A stretch of DNA of 64,000 nucleotides, taken from assembly GCA_018334675.1 (NCBI GenBank), contig JAGXLL010000006.1:43356-107355 (forward strand), in the 5' to 3' direction. The position numbers were made by a program, and so were the translations under genes. Under the pieces are notes generated by a model. That model was given only the letters and a program-made list of their open reading frames with translations, made no database searches and was not told the origin of the DNA. This document shows, in pieces, positions 46,854-55,436 of the stretch. Source of the stretch: Bacteroidales bacterium (lineage in GTDB: Bacteria > Bacteroidota > Bacteroidia > Bacteroidales > UBA12077). Each line of letters opens with the position of its first letter. Position 1 is the first letter of the stretch.

Positions 46854-47963
46854 ATGAAGCCTTGTTCCCATAAGGATATGCTTTCCTCCCGCCGCCGATT
46901 TCTCAAACAGGCGGGTACGCTGTTGGTCTTTTTCCCCATAGGCCAGTGGTTTTCCTGTTTTTTGGGCAGAAACCGGGAAGGAGGCTTTCTCATTCATAAT
47001 CCAGGTATGATGGCATCAAGAAAATCTAAACCGACACAGGCTTCTTCTTTCACCCCTGGATATCTTCGCCTGCACCAATCAGGAGAACTGAAGCGCAGGG
47101 GAGAGATCCTTTGGCAGATGATGGACATTTGCCGGCTTTGTCCCCGGGAGTGTGAAACCAGAAGGCTGAAGGGCCAGAAAGGAGACTGTGGTTCCACCTC
47201 CCAGTTGGAGGTTTCATCTTTTCATCCCCATTTTGGGGAGGAGGAGCCGCTGGTAGGCTCAGGCGGGTCGGGCACCATTTTCCTGACCCACTGCAGCCTT
47301 CGTTGCGTTTATTGCATCAATTGGCAGATCAGTATGGGTGGGGAAGGGCATGGCCGAAGCATCGATGAGCTGGCTCAGATGATGCTGCGTTTGCAGCAGA
47401 TGGGATGCAAAAACATCAATGTGGTGACCCCCACGCATTACAGCCCCCATATTGTTCTGGCCCTGGACAAGGCTGCGGAAAGGGGTCTGCGCATTCCGCT
47501 GGTTTATAATACCAGTGGCTATGAGCAGTTGGAGGTATTGCGCTTGCTGGACGGTGTGGTGGACATTTATTTGCCGGATTTTAAGTATTTTGATGGAGCC
47601 ATGGCTCATAAATATTCCTGTGAAGCCCGGGATTATCCTGAAAGGGCCAGGACTGCACTAAAGGAGATGCACCGGCAGGTAGGAGTAGCCAACCCTGCAG
47701 AAGACGGGATCATGTACCGGGGGTTGATGATCCGCCATCTGATATTGCCCAATGGCATTAGTGGCACAGAACAGGTGGTCCATTGGGTGGCTGAAAACCT
47801 GAGTAAAGATACCTGGTTTCACTTGATGGCCCAATACACCCCTTCTTATCAAGCGCATCAATACATAGAGTTATCCAGGCGCATTACCCGGGCGGAACAT
47901 CAAGGTGCCATAGAACAAGCCCGGGAGGCCGGTCTCACCAATTTGCATGTACAGGATGGCTGA
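46854..47963 (+). CDS. Radical SAM protein of the PflX-like (COG1313) type with an N-terminal twin-arginine signal-like extension
   Basis: 369 aa. SSRRRFLKQAGTLLVFFP matches the Tat consensus. An auxiliary Cys cluster reads CRLCPRECETRRLKGQKGDC. HFGEEEPLVGSGGSGTIFLTHCSLRCVYCINWQIS carries CX3CX2C. Confidence 0.8.
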   Translation: MKPCSHKDMLSSRRRFLKQAGTLLVFFPIGQWFSCFLGRNREGGFLIHNPGMMASRKSKPTQASSFTPGYLRLHQSGELKRRGEILWQMMDICRLCPRECETRRLKGQKGDCGSTSQLEVSSFHPHFGEEEPLVGSGGSGTIFLTHCSLRCVYCINWQISMGGEGHGRSIDELAQMMLRLQQMGCKNINVVTPTHYSPHIVLALDKAAERGLRIPLVYNTSGYEQLEVLRLLDGVVDIYLPDFKYFDGAMAHKYSCEARDYPERARTALKEMHRQVGVANPAEDGIMYRGLMIRHLILPNGISGTEQVVHWVAENLSKDTWFHLMAQYTPSYQAHQYIELSRRITRAEHQGAIEQAREAGLTNLHVQDG

Positions 47964-48064
47964 AGCACCAGGGTTGATTAAATGTCTGCAGTCGTTGATT
48001 AAGTTGGGAAATTCCTTGATCAAGGAGCATCCTTTAGAGGCATCTCTTTATAACTTTTACGCAT

Positions 48065-48295
48065 ATGCCCCGTAAAGTGAATTATAGAATTTATTGCCCA
48101 AACGATTATATGGTGAAAACATACAAGATTTACGCAACAGGTCTTTCAGAGCTGGAAATGAAACTGAATCATTTCTTTGAGCTTTATCCCAATATGGATA
48201 TTCTGTCCATTAATTCGTCAAGGAGTATAACCAGTATCGATTTTGCCCTTGGCGTATGCCGTAAGCAGATTCTATTCTCCATCATGTATGACTAA
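48065..48295 (+). CDS. Orphan AT-rich 76-aa ORF, hypothetical
   Basis: This is a 76-codon open frame in ~35% GC DNA with no recognisable motif. Its stop lies 8 nt from the stop of the convergent cytochrome c gene. Confidence 0.3.
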   Translation: MPRKVNYRIYCPNDYMVKTYKIYATGLSELEMKLNHFFELYPNMDILSINSSRSITSIDFALGVCRKQILFSIMYD

Positions 48296-48303
48296 ATCTT
48301 TTT

Positions 48304-48777
48304 TTACCGGAAACCGTTACGTACGTACATCATGATGTACTTGCGATGGTCGGGTTTGACGATTCTTTCCATGACCGGTTCGTGGCCTGGACCTTTGAAT
48401 ATGACTTCGTAGAGCTTGGTTTGGTTTTTTTGCCGGATGCTGTCGGCGTGGAGGTTAGCCGGTTTGGGCACATAGCTTTGCCCCACCGGTCCGTGGCCAT
48501 ATCCCTGTTTGCCATGACAAAAGACACAATAGTAGTTGTAGTAGGTTCGGGCCTGTTTCATGTTTTTCTGATTAGCGGGAGGGAGCTGCATTTCGGAGGG
48601 ACGAATCTCCTCCTTGCCAAAAGCTACGGCATCCTTGGGTGGTTGATTCAATTCGGCTTCATAAGCCTCCAGGGAAGGGTGGTGTCTCATGCGCGGGCCG
48701 GAAAACAGCAGCGCGCCGATGATGCCTATCACGATTAATCCTAATAAAACGGCGGGTATGAGGATCTTTTTATTCAT
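48304..48777 (-). CDS. Membrane-anchored monohaem cytochrome c (ActE-like), last gene of the respiratory operon
   Basis: 157 aa with an N-terminal TM and a single CVFCHG haem motif followed by GYGHGPVG. Confidence 0.7.
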   Translation of the reverse strand: MNKKILIPAVLLGLIVIGIIGALLFSGPRMRHHPSLEAYEAELNQPPKDAVAFGKEEIRPSEMQLPPANQKNMKQARTYYNYYCVFCHGKQGYGHGPVGQSYVPKPANLHADSIRQKNQTKLYEVIFKGPGHEPVMERIVKPDHRKYIMMYVRNGFR

Positions 48778-49078
48778 TTTCCATGGATTTTTGATTGGAC
48801 TGAGAGGCGCGGACTTCCTCTATGGAGATCCCTTCTGGCAGAGGCTCCAACATATATCCTTCGGGCGTATCCGAATGTCTTTCCGTTGAATAAACAGATT
48901 TGGCCGGGGTGAAGGGTAGTGTGCCATAGTCCCATTCCCTGGGCACATCCTTGATGATCGACATCATAAACATGGCCCAGCCGATCAGGCCTCCCGAGAG
49001 AAGCAATACAAAGAGCCAGCTTCCCAGGGTGCTCCATTCTCTGTGTTCTTCGTAGTCGTGTCCTTCGTAGTCGCTCAT
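48770..49078 (-). CDS. Single-TM membrane protein of unknown function in the oxidase operon
   Basis: 102 aa with an acidic N-terminus and a TM segment (LGSWLFVLLLSGGLIGWAMFMMSII). It overlaps the downstream gene by 8 nt. Confidence 0.5.
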   Translation of the reverse strand: MSDYEGHDYEEHREWSTLGSWLFVLLLSGGLIGWAMFMMSIIKDVPREWDYGTLPFTPAKSVYSTERHSDTPEGYMLEPLPEGISIEEVRASQSNQKSMENE

Positions 49079-49079
49079 C

Positions 49080-49340
49080 TTACCAGTTTTTGGGATTATT
49101 AAACATAACCAGGGTATAGAGGATCATAAAAACGACCACCACCAGGATGATCATTTTGATCGACCAGGGTATGGCCTGGTTGGCCGACATATAATTGGTT
49201 TCATAGGTGTCGGGATCATCCTCTTTTGTTTTGCGGGGGCGCCAGAAATCTATAAAATATAATATGAAGTACAGAACGGCTGCAGCCCCACCGAATAAGC
49301 TGATGATCACCCATTGATGTTTAAGCAGGTCTTGAAACAT
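49080..49340 (-). CDS. Two-TM membrane protein of unknown function in the oxidase operon
   Basis: The start is ATG 49340 (MFQDLLKHQW...) or ATG 49373. TM1 is VIISLFGGAAAVLYFILYFI; TM2 is IKMIILVVVVFMILYTLV. Confidence 0.5.
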   Translation of the reverse strand: MFQDLLKHQWVIISLFGGAAAVLYFILYFIDFWRPRKTKEDDPDTYETNYMSANQAIPWSIKMIILVVVVFMILYTLVMFNNPKNW

Positions 49341-49518
49341 GGTCCTTGTCTTTTTGATTGTTTGATGGTTCATCTATTTCCAGGGGAAGTCTGGAGGCAC
49401 GCGGCTGTTTGGTAAACTGTCCGGTGCGGTTAGCCCAGATGATCACCCCGATCACGATAAGAAACACCACCGAGAGATAAACGATCCATAGTCGGGCAAA
49501 AATATCCACTGCGCTCAT
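49321..49518 (-). CDS. Small single-TM protein, CcoQ-like by size and position
   Basis: 65 aa. ARLWIVYLSVVFLIVIGVIIWA is followed by a polar tail. Its start overlaps the ccoO-like stop by 4 nt. Confidence 0.45.
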   Translation of the reverse strand: MSAVDIFARLWIVYLSVVFLIVIGVIIWANRTGQFTKQPRASRLPLEIDEPSNNQKDKDHVSRPA

Positions 49519-50552
49519 TTGCTAACCTCCTCTTTATTTTTGTTTTCTTCCATCCTGGCATCCTGTTCACTTTGCACTTCGGGATCTTCCAGGTAAGGAT
49601 TTTCCCAATCAGGTTCGTAGGAAGCATCGATGCCTTTGGGTTCGATATTGGCATCACTGTACCCCACAAACCATGCGGCCACGAAATTGGACACATCCCA
49701 TATTTTTTCTGATTCCAGTTGCCGTTTAAAATAGGGCATGGCGGTACCGGTGATCCCGTTCATGATCTGGTAGTAAAAGATGCCCCCGATGTACTTGTCC
49801 TCTGCCAGGTTCCTTTTCAGAGTGGTAAAGTTCAACGGCGGAGGATCCATGTACTCAGCGGCTTTTCCCATTCCATCACCCACCGGTCCATGGCAGTTCA
49901 GGCAGAAATTCTCATAGATGTTCTCCCCGCGTTTAAGGGCAGGCTCGGTGGCCGGATAGGGATTGGGCATGTTGCGCCACTCTTTGGGCACCTGTTGGTG
50001 CAGCCAGGTGATGTTGGAGTCGGGGCCGGCTTCATAAGCAGCTATGGCCTTTTTCTTCCATTTCTCCTGCCTGGCCATTCTTTTGTCGGCATCTGCCCAG
50101 CCCAGATGCTGCATATAGGCAGTGAGCTGTTCTATCTTCTCTTTACCCAGGAACTCCCAGGAGGGCATCAGGGAAAGGGGGTTGGTATAGCGCGGGTTGA
50201 TGAAATGGGCCATGTGCCAGTCGTCGGGATGCTCTCCCCCTTCCTGGGAGAGGTCGGGTCCGGTACGTTCGGTACCCAGGATGGCCGGCTGCATCTGATA
50301 ATAATCGCCCATCCTGGCAATTCTCTCCGCTCCCTTTCCCCAGTCAATCGTTCGAACAAACAGCGAATGACAGTAATGGCATCCGTTGTTGACATAAAGC
50401 TGATGGCCCGCTTTTGCTTTTTCATTCATAGGGGTCCATATATCTGAAGGTTCATCTTCCATGGATATCCAGGGGAAAATCACCATCAGGGAGATAGAAG
50501 CAGCCCAAACCAGGATGCTTCCTATGATGAATATTTTGGGGGTCATTTTCAT
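49515..50552 (-). CDS. ccoO: cbb3-type oxidase subunit II (CcoO/FixO-like) fused to a second class I cytochrome c domain
   Basis: N-terminal TM. NNGCHYCHSLFVR...LGTERTGPDLSQEGGEHPDDWHMAHFINP...SLMPSW matches the FixO pattern. A second haem motif CLNCHG is followed by ...TAMPYF. Candidate starts are ATG 50552 or 50546 and TTG 50561. Confidence 0.85.
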   Translation of the reverse strand: MKMTPKIFIIGSILVWAASISLMVIFPWISMEDEPSDIWTPMNEKAKAGHQLYVNNGCHYCHSLFVRTIDWGKGAERIARMGDYYQMQPAILGTERTGPDLSQEGGEHPDDWHMAHFINPRYTNPLSLMPSWEFLGKEKIEQLTAYMQHLGWADADKRMARQEKWKKKAIAAYEAGPDSNITWLHQQVPKEWRNMPNPYPATEPALKRGENIYENFCLNCHGPVGDGMGKAAEYMDPPPLNFTTLKRNLAEDKYIGGIFYYQIMNGITGTAMPYFKRQLESEKIWDVSNFVAAWFVGYSDANIEPKGIDASYEPDWENPYLEDPEVQSEQDARMEENKNKEEVSK

Positions 50553-50564
50553 ACGGCACAATCT

Positions 50565-51938
50565 TTAGTGTTGTTCCACAGAGTCAACAGGTTGTCCTTT
50601 TCTTATGGTCATGATCACATTATAGAGCCCAATCAGGGATCCGGTGATGATGAACAGGCCCAGGGCAGCCCTCAATACCATATAGGCATTGAGTTGTGGC
50701 AGTACCCGGTATATCACCTCACCGTTATACCAGGCTTCGCCTTGTATGAGCCCGGCAATGGTTAATACGATAAAGAACCCGGTCAATCCAGCCATGACCA
50801 GTCCAAATTGAATCTGAACCAACTTTTGAGAATAGAGTTTTTTTCGGGTGATCATAGGCAGCATATGCCAAAGCCCACCTATGGCTATAAATCCTGAGAA
50901 CCCCAGTATGGCGATGTGCGCATGGCCCACCGTCCAGTTGTTAAAGTGGGTGATCACTTGCAAATCCGGCAACGACTGAAGGGAGCCTTGTGCCCCGGTG
51001 ATCAGGTACCAGAACAGGCCCAGGGCGATCCATTTGCCGGCCGGATCCCCCAGTACTTTGCCACCTCGGCCCCGCCAGGTCATCCACAGGTTGACGATCA
51101 CAATGATCACCGGCAGGAACATAAACAAGGAATCGACCACCGAGATCATCTTCAGCCAGTTGGGCATGGGGGCCTGCAGGATGTGGTGGCCGCCGATATG
51201 GGAATAGAAGACCACCAGGGTCCAGAATCCCAGTATGGAGAGGGTGTGGCTGTATAAGGGGGTTCGGGTGATCCTGGGGATGACAAAATAGGCGATACCT
51301 ATGGCCATGGGGGTCAACAGAAGCCCGGGCAACACGTGGCCCCAGAACCAGTGAAAAATTGAATCCAGTATACCAGGTAGGGCTCCGCTGGGAGGGTTCC
51401 ACATGACATTGCCCAGGAAGTAGCTTCCTCCTACCCACAGGAAGGTCGCAGTGAAATACCATACGGACACATACAGCAGATTTTCCTTGCGTCGCAAGAT
51501 GGTCATCACCAGGTTGATGGCCAGGGTCAGGACAGCCAGAACCAGTGAGATATCAAATATCCAGAGATATTCGGTATATTCCCGGCCTTGTGACATGCCC
51601 ATGGAGAAGGTCAGGGGACCGCTGAGCACGGTCAGGGTCCAGAAGAAAAAACTCAGCCAGCCCAGCTGCTCAGACCATATAGGTCGTTTGAGCAGAGCGG
51701 GCGTGTAGTACATGCCCAGGCCAATGGAAAGACTGCCTACAAAACCATATAACACCGTGTTCACATGAACGGCCCGTGTCCTGCCGAAAACCAGTGCCGG
51801 TATGTTGTCGAAGAATTCAGGCGATACCAGATGGATGGCCGAGAACAGACCATAGATGGTTCCGATCACAAACCATACCGATCCGGCTATGATAAAAGCA
51901 AGCGCTGCACTGTGGGGTTTTTTGGTGAATGCAAACAT
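50565..51938 (-). CDS. ccoN: Haem-copper oxidase subunit I, C-family (cbb3 CcoN-like)
   Basis: 457 aa with about 12 TM segments. Diagnostic residues are RAVHVN (helix II His), WFWGH (helix VI CuB His), YSHIGGHH (Tyr six residues before the His-His pair, as in C-family oxidases) and VGHAHIAILG (helix X HxH). Confidence 0.86.
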   Translation of the reverse strand: MFAFTKKPHSAALAFIIAGSVWFVIGTIYGLFSAIHLVSPEFFDNIPALVFGRTRAVHVNTVLYGFVGSLSIGLGMYYTPALLKRPIWSEQLGWLSFFFWTLTVLSGPLTFSMGMSQGREYTEYLWIFDISLVLAVLTLAINLVMTILRRKENLLYVSVWYFTATFLWVGGSYFLGNVMWNPPSGALPGILDSIFHWFWGHVLPGLLLTPMAIGIAYFVIPRITRTPLYSHTLSILGFWTLVVFYSHIGGHHILQAPMPNWLKMISVVDSLFMFLPVIIVIVNLWMTWRGRGGKVLGDPAGKWIALGLFWYLITGAQGSLQSLPDLQVITHFNNWTVGHAHIAILGFSGFIAIGGLWHMLPMITRKKLYSQKLVQIQFGLVMAGLTGFFIVLTIAGLIQGEAWYNGEVIYRVLPQLNAYMVLRAALGLFIITGSLIGLYNVIMTIRKGQPVDSVEQH

Positions 51939-51947
51939 ATCTTTTTC

Positions 51948-52478
51948 TTAACGATGACAGGTAAAACAATCGATGCTGGCTTTCTTTTCCTTATGGCAAT
52001 CGATGCAGAAGCCCATGTTCAATTCGTGGACCCGGCTCACCCGGTCCATGGCCTGAACATTGCCATGGCACTCCCCGCAATCGATTTTTCTGTAAGTATG
52101 CAGAGAGTGGTTGAAGAAGACAAAATCAGGTACCTCATTGATCTTCTCCCAATAGATGGGGTCGTTGTTGTTGTAGTGGGCACGGAGCTTTTGAATTTCC
52201 GGATGGTGGACAATAATATTTTCATGGCAGAGCATGCAGGTCTCCACCGGGGGAACACCGGCCCGGGATGTTTGAATGGCCCCTTCATGGCAAACCACAC
52301 AGCTGATATTCTTGTTTTCCACATGAACCCTGTGACTGAAAGGAATGGGTTGTTCCTTCCCGATCTTACCCTCATAGAAATTGTGAAACATCCAGGTACC
52401 GATGGCCAGCAAGGCCAGCATCACCACCATCAGGATTTTTGTGACAGGTCGTTTGGCGATATCGAGCACGTTTTTCAT
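51948..52478 (-). CDS. actA: Membrane-anchored pentahaem cytochrome c (ActA-like)
   Basis: 176 aa with an N-terminal TM and five CxxCH motifs: CVVCH, CMLCH, CGECH, CIDCH and CFTCH. Confidence 0.8.
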   Translation of the reverse strand: MKNVLDIAKRPVTKILMVVMLALLAIGTWMFHNFYEGKIGKEQPIPFSHRVHVENKNISCVVCHEGAIQTSRAGVPPVETCMLCHENIIVHHPEIQKLRAHYNNNDPIYWEKINEVPDFVFFNHSLHTYRKIDCGECHGNVQAMDRVSRVHELNMGFCIDCHKEKKASIDCFTCHR

Positions 52479-53548
52479 GTTTGTATCTTGTCAGGTTCCA
52501 CCAATTTTGGAATCTTGCGCAGGGCAAGGGTGATTGCGGTGATCATAAGGGCCAGAAAACCCAGGGTTGGCGCTATTTCCGGCCAACCGTATATGACCTG
52601 CTCTTTCTCATGCACAGCATCCACCAGCCACCAACGTTCGATCCACATACCCACCAGTATCATGGTCGTTACGATCCCCAGGAAGGCTGGATTGCGCTTC
52701 GACCAACCGCTAACCAGCAGCAGTATGGGACCCAGGTAAACCATTCCCAGGAGCAGATAGCTGATGCTCACCCACGCAAGGTTGTAGCGGGGGATGACGA
52801 AGCTTGTCATATGAGGCTGGTTCTCATACCAGCTGGGCAGCAGATGGCTGAACATCAGGTAAGTGGTTAGCAGGCAAAAGGCGAATACCAGTTTGCCGAT
52901 GGTGCGCAGAATTTTGGTGTTGGGCTTCCCGGATATGATGGAGATGAAAGCCCAGGCTGCTGCACCTATGTATAAACCGCTGACGAAATAGTAGCTGCCA
53001 ACCACCATGCTCTTCCAATGCAGGTCGAGGGGCATAATCAAGTCAAAACCCACCAGTGAGAAGGTCAGGGCATAGATGAATACCAGCCAGCCGCCATAGA
53101 CATGTTTTTTTGCGCTGCGCCTGTTCTTAAGAAAAAGCCAGGCCAGAAACCAGAATAGCAGTTGCATGATCAGGTTCCGGGCAAACAGAAAGATATTGTT
53201 CAGCCACCCCGCATGATGCGCTTCGGGTTCGAGCCAGGGAACCCAGTTTTCCGATCCGGCCCATAGAACCATCAAAGCCAGCAGGGAAGGTACGGAGAAT
53301 GAGAATCCTGCCCAGCAAACTTTCTCAAGCGAGCCCATCCAGTCACCTCCCGCGGTGACGATGATCGCAGGCCAAACCACCAGTCCCGCAGCAAGCGAAG
53401 TGAAGAAAAGATAGTTGATCAGGAAGGCGCGCCATACCCTGGGTGCCTGATCGCCTCCCAGCTGTAGGGCCCAGAAGATGATCATGATGATGGCGATCAC
53501 AGCTGTGATCCCCGTGATGATGCCTGTTTGTTTATTGTTGTGGGTCAT
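52475..53548 (-). CDS. actF: Polytopic membrane protein, ActF-like (NrfD-related) ACIII subunit
   Basis: I preferred ATG 53548 (MTHNNKQTG...); the ORF opens at TTG 53644. It has about 10 TM segments. RVWRAFLINYLFFTSLAAGLVVW resembles the ActF N-terminal pattern. Confidence 0.62.
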   Translation of the reverse strand: MTHNNKQTGIITGITAVIAIIMIIFWALQLGGDQAPRVWRAFLINYLFFTSLAAGLVVWPAIIVTAGGDWMGSLEKVCWAGFSFSVPSLLALMVLWAGSENWVPWLEPEAHHAGWLNNIFLFARNLIMQLLFWFLAWLFLKNRRSAKKHVYGGWLVFIYALTFSLVGFDLIMPLDLHWKSMVVGSYYFVSGLYIGAAAWAFISIISGKPNTKILRTIGKLVFAFCLLTTYLMFSHLLPSWYENQPHMTSFVIPRYNLAWVSISYLLLGMVYLGPILLLVSGWSKRNPAFLGIVTTMILVGMWIERWWLVDAVHEKEQVIYGWPEIAPTLGFLALMITAITLALRKIPKLVEPDKIQT

Positions 53549-55436
53549 GTTCTTCTTCGGGTTCAAAAGGTTTGATGATGTTTTGTATATCTTCTTCCTC
53601 CCCGGGATCATAACCCACCAGCAGTCCGTATTTATCCACGCCAAAGCTGGGGTGGTACCAGGGATGAAGCTTTTTTTTGTATAAACCGGTATAATACATC
53701 ACCGAGATGAAATTGGCCAGGGCGGCAAAAAGGATCATCAGCTCAAACATGACCAGGGTGTAGGGCAACAGCGAGTCAGGTGCTTTTCCTCCCAGGAAAA
53801 TGTCATAGATGCCGGCTGTGCCAATGGTCAGGAAGAAACCTGCCACCAGGCCGGCCAGGGCTCCGGCCAGGGTCCAGTAACCAACGGGACTCTTTCCGGT
53901 ACCCAGGTGCTTTTCCACTTCATTGAGCTTGGTGGGCGAGAAGGTTTCCATGTTCCTGTGTCCCGCCTCGCACATTTGCTTGACACAATGGGTTAGAGTC
54001 TGTTCCGAGGAGAAGACAAACAGCTTCTTACGCATGCCTTTCCATAGCTCCGGCTCCCTTCGTGTGCCCAGGCATTCATCCCGGTCGGGTATCTTGCCAA
54101 TCAGCAGGGATTCCTTATACTCGGCCAGGGGTATGACGGGCAGAAAACGGGAAAAACCGATGAAAAACAGGAAGAAGAAGGCAAACATGCCTATGGTCAC
54201 GGCCATCTCTACCCAGGAAGGTTGATAGGATCCCCAGTTGTGGGGCAGGAAATCATGTGCCTGGGCGCTTACTACAATGAAGTAGCGTTCAAACCACATG
54301 CCGATGTTGATCAGGATGCCGGCTACAAAGAGCCATTTGATGCTGCGCCGTACCCATTTGAAAAAGAACGTCAGGGGTACGGCCACATTAAAAGCCACCA
54401 TCATCCAGTACATCCACCCCATCTCTCCAAACATCCTCCATTGGGTGAATTGTATATGCAACTCGCTGCCGCTGTATAGTTCAATAAGCGGCTCGATGAT
54501 ATAAGTATAGGCGATGATCAGGGTAGTGACCAGGATGGTTTTGGCGATCATCTCCAGGTGCCAGTCGGTGATGACCTGCTTGAGATTAAACCACGCGCGC
54601 ATGGGCACCAACAGGATCAAAGCCATAGACAACCCGGAATGGATGGCCCCGGCAACGAAGTAAGGCGGGAAGATCGAGGAGTGCCAGCCCGGCAGGATGC
54701 TGTTGGCAAAGTCCCATGAAACGATTGAATGAACAGATACAACCAGGGGAGTGGCCAGGGCGGCAAAAAGCAGGTAAGAGCGGTTGTAGTGGCGCCATTC
54801 ACTGAGGGTTCCGGTCCATCCAGCGGAGAGCACGCTGAAGAGCCTGGTGCGCCAGAAACTTTTGCCGTATTGACTCTTAAAACGGTCCCGGGCGGCAGCG
54901 GCATCCGGAATCAGCCCGAAATAGAAAAACAGCACGCTTACAGTAAGATAGGTCAATACGGCGATCACATCACCCACCAGCGGGCTCATGAAGTTGGGGA
55001 ACAGGTCCCGCTGATTGGGATAGGGAAGGATGTAATAGAATACCCATACCCGCCCCAGGTGGATCAGCGGGAAAAGCCCGGCGGTCATCACGGCGAACAC
55101 CGTCATGGCTTCTGTGGCCCGGGATACGGCATCCCTCCACCTGGAATGCGCCAGGTATAACACGGCAGAAATCAGGGTGCCTGAATGGGCTATACCCACC
55201 CAAAAAATAAAATTGGTGATGTACGTGCCCCAGCCAACGGGATGATTGATGCCTGTGGATCCTAAACCCACCTCGGTCTGATAGGTCCAGGCAGCTATGC
55301 CGGCACCGGCGATCAGAAGCAACACCCCCAGGATCATGAAATATCGTCGACCCGGCATTTTTAACAGATCCAGTATCAGGGTGTTCACCCCTTCGAAAGA
55401 CAACTCTTTTTTGTGTGGACTATTCACGGGTATCAA
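53532..55436 (-). CDS. actC: NrfD/PsrC-type membrane subunit (ActC) fused to a DUF3341/ActD-like C-terminal domain
   Basis: 634 aa. The TTG start overlaps the actB stop (TTGA). NHPVGWGTYITNFIFWVGIAHSG matches the NrfD pattern. The C-terminal ~165 aa (FSPTKLNEVEKHL...WTLAGALAGLVAG...GGKAPDSLLPYTLVMFELMILFAA) fits ActD. Confidence 0.78.
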   Translation of the reverse strand: MIPVNSPHKKELSFEGVNTLILDLLKMPGRRYFMILGVLLLIAGAGIAAWTYQTEVGLGSTGINHPVGWGTYITNFIFWVGIAHSGTLISAVLYLAHSRWRDAVSRATEAMTVFAVMTAGLFPLIHLGRVWVFYYILPYPNQRDLFPNFMSPLVGDVIAVLTYLTVSVLFFYFGLIPDAAAARDRFKSQYGKSFWRTRLFSVLSAGWTGTLSEWRHYNRSYLLFAALATPLVVSVHSIVSWDFANSILPGWHSSIFPPYFVAGAIHSGLSMALILLVPMRAWFNLKQVITDWHLEMIAKTILVTTLIIAYTYIIEPLIELYSGSELHIQFTQWRMFGEMGWMYWMMVAFNVAVPLTFFFKWVRRSIKWLFVAGILINIGMWFERYFIVVSAQAHDFLPHNWGSYQPSWVEMAVTIGMFAFFFLFFIGFSRFLPVIPLAEYKESLLIGKIPDRDECLGTRREPELWKGMRKKLFVFSSEQTLTHCVKQMCEAGHRNMETFSPTKLNEVEKHLGTGKSPVGYWTLAGALAGLVAGFFLTIGTAGIYDIFLGGKAPDSLLPYTLVMFELMILFAALANFISVMYYTGLYKKKLHPWYHPSFGVDKYGLLVGYDPGEEEDIQNIIKPFEPEEEHDPQQ

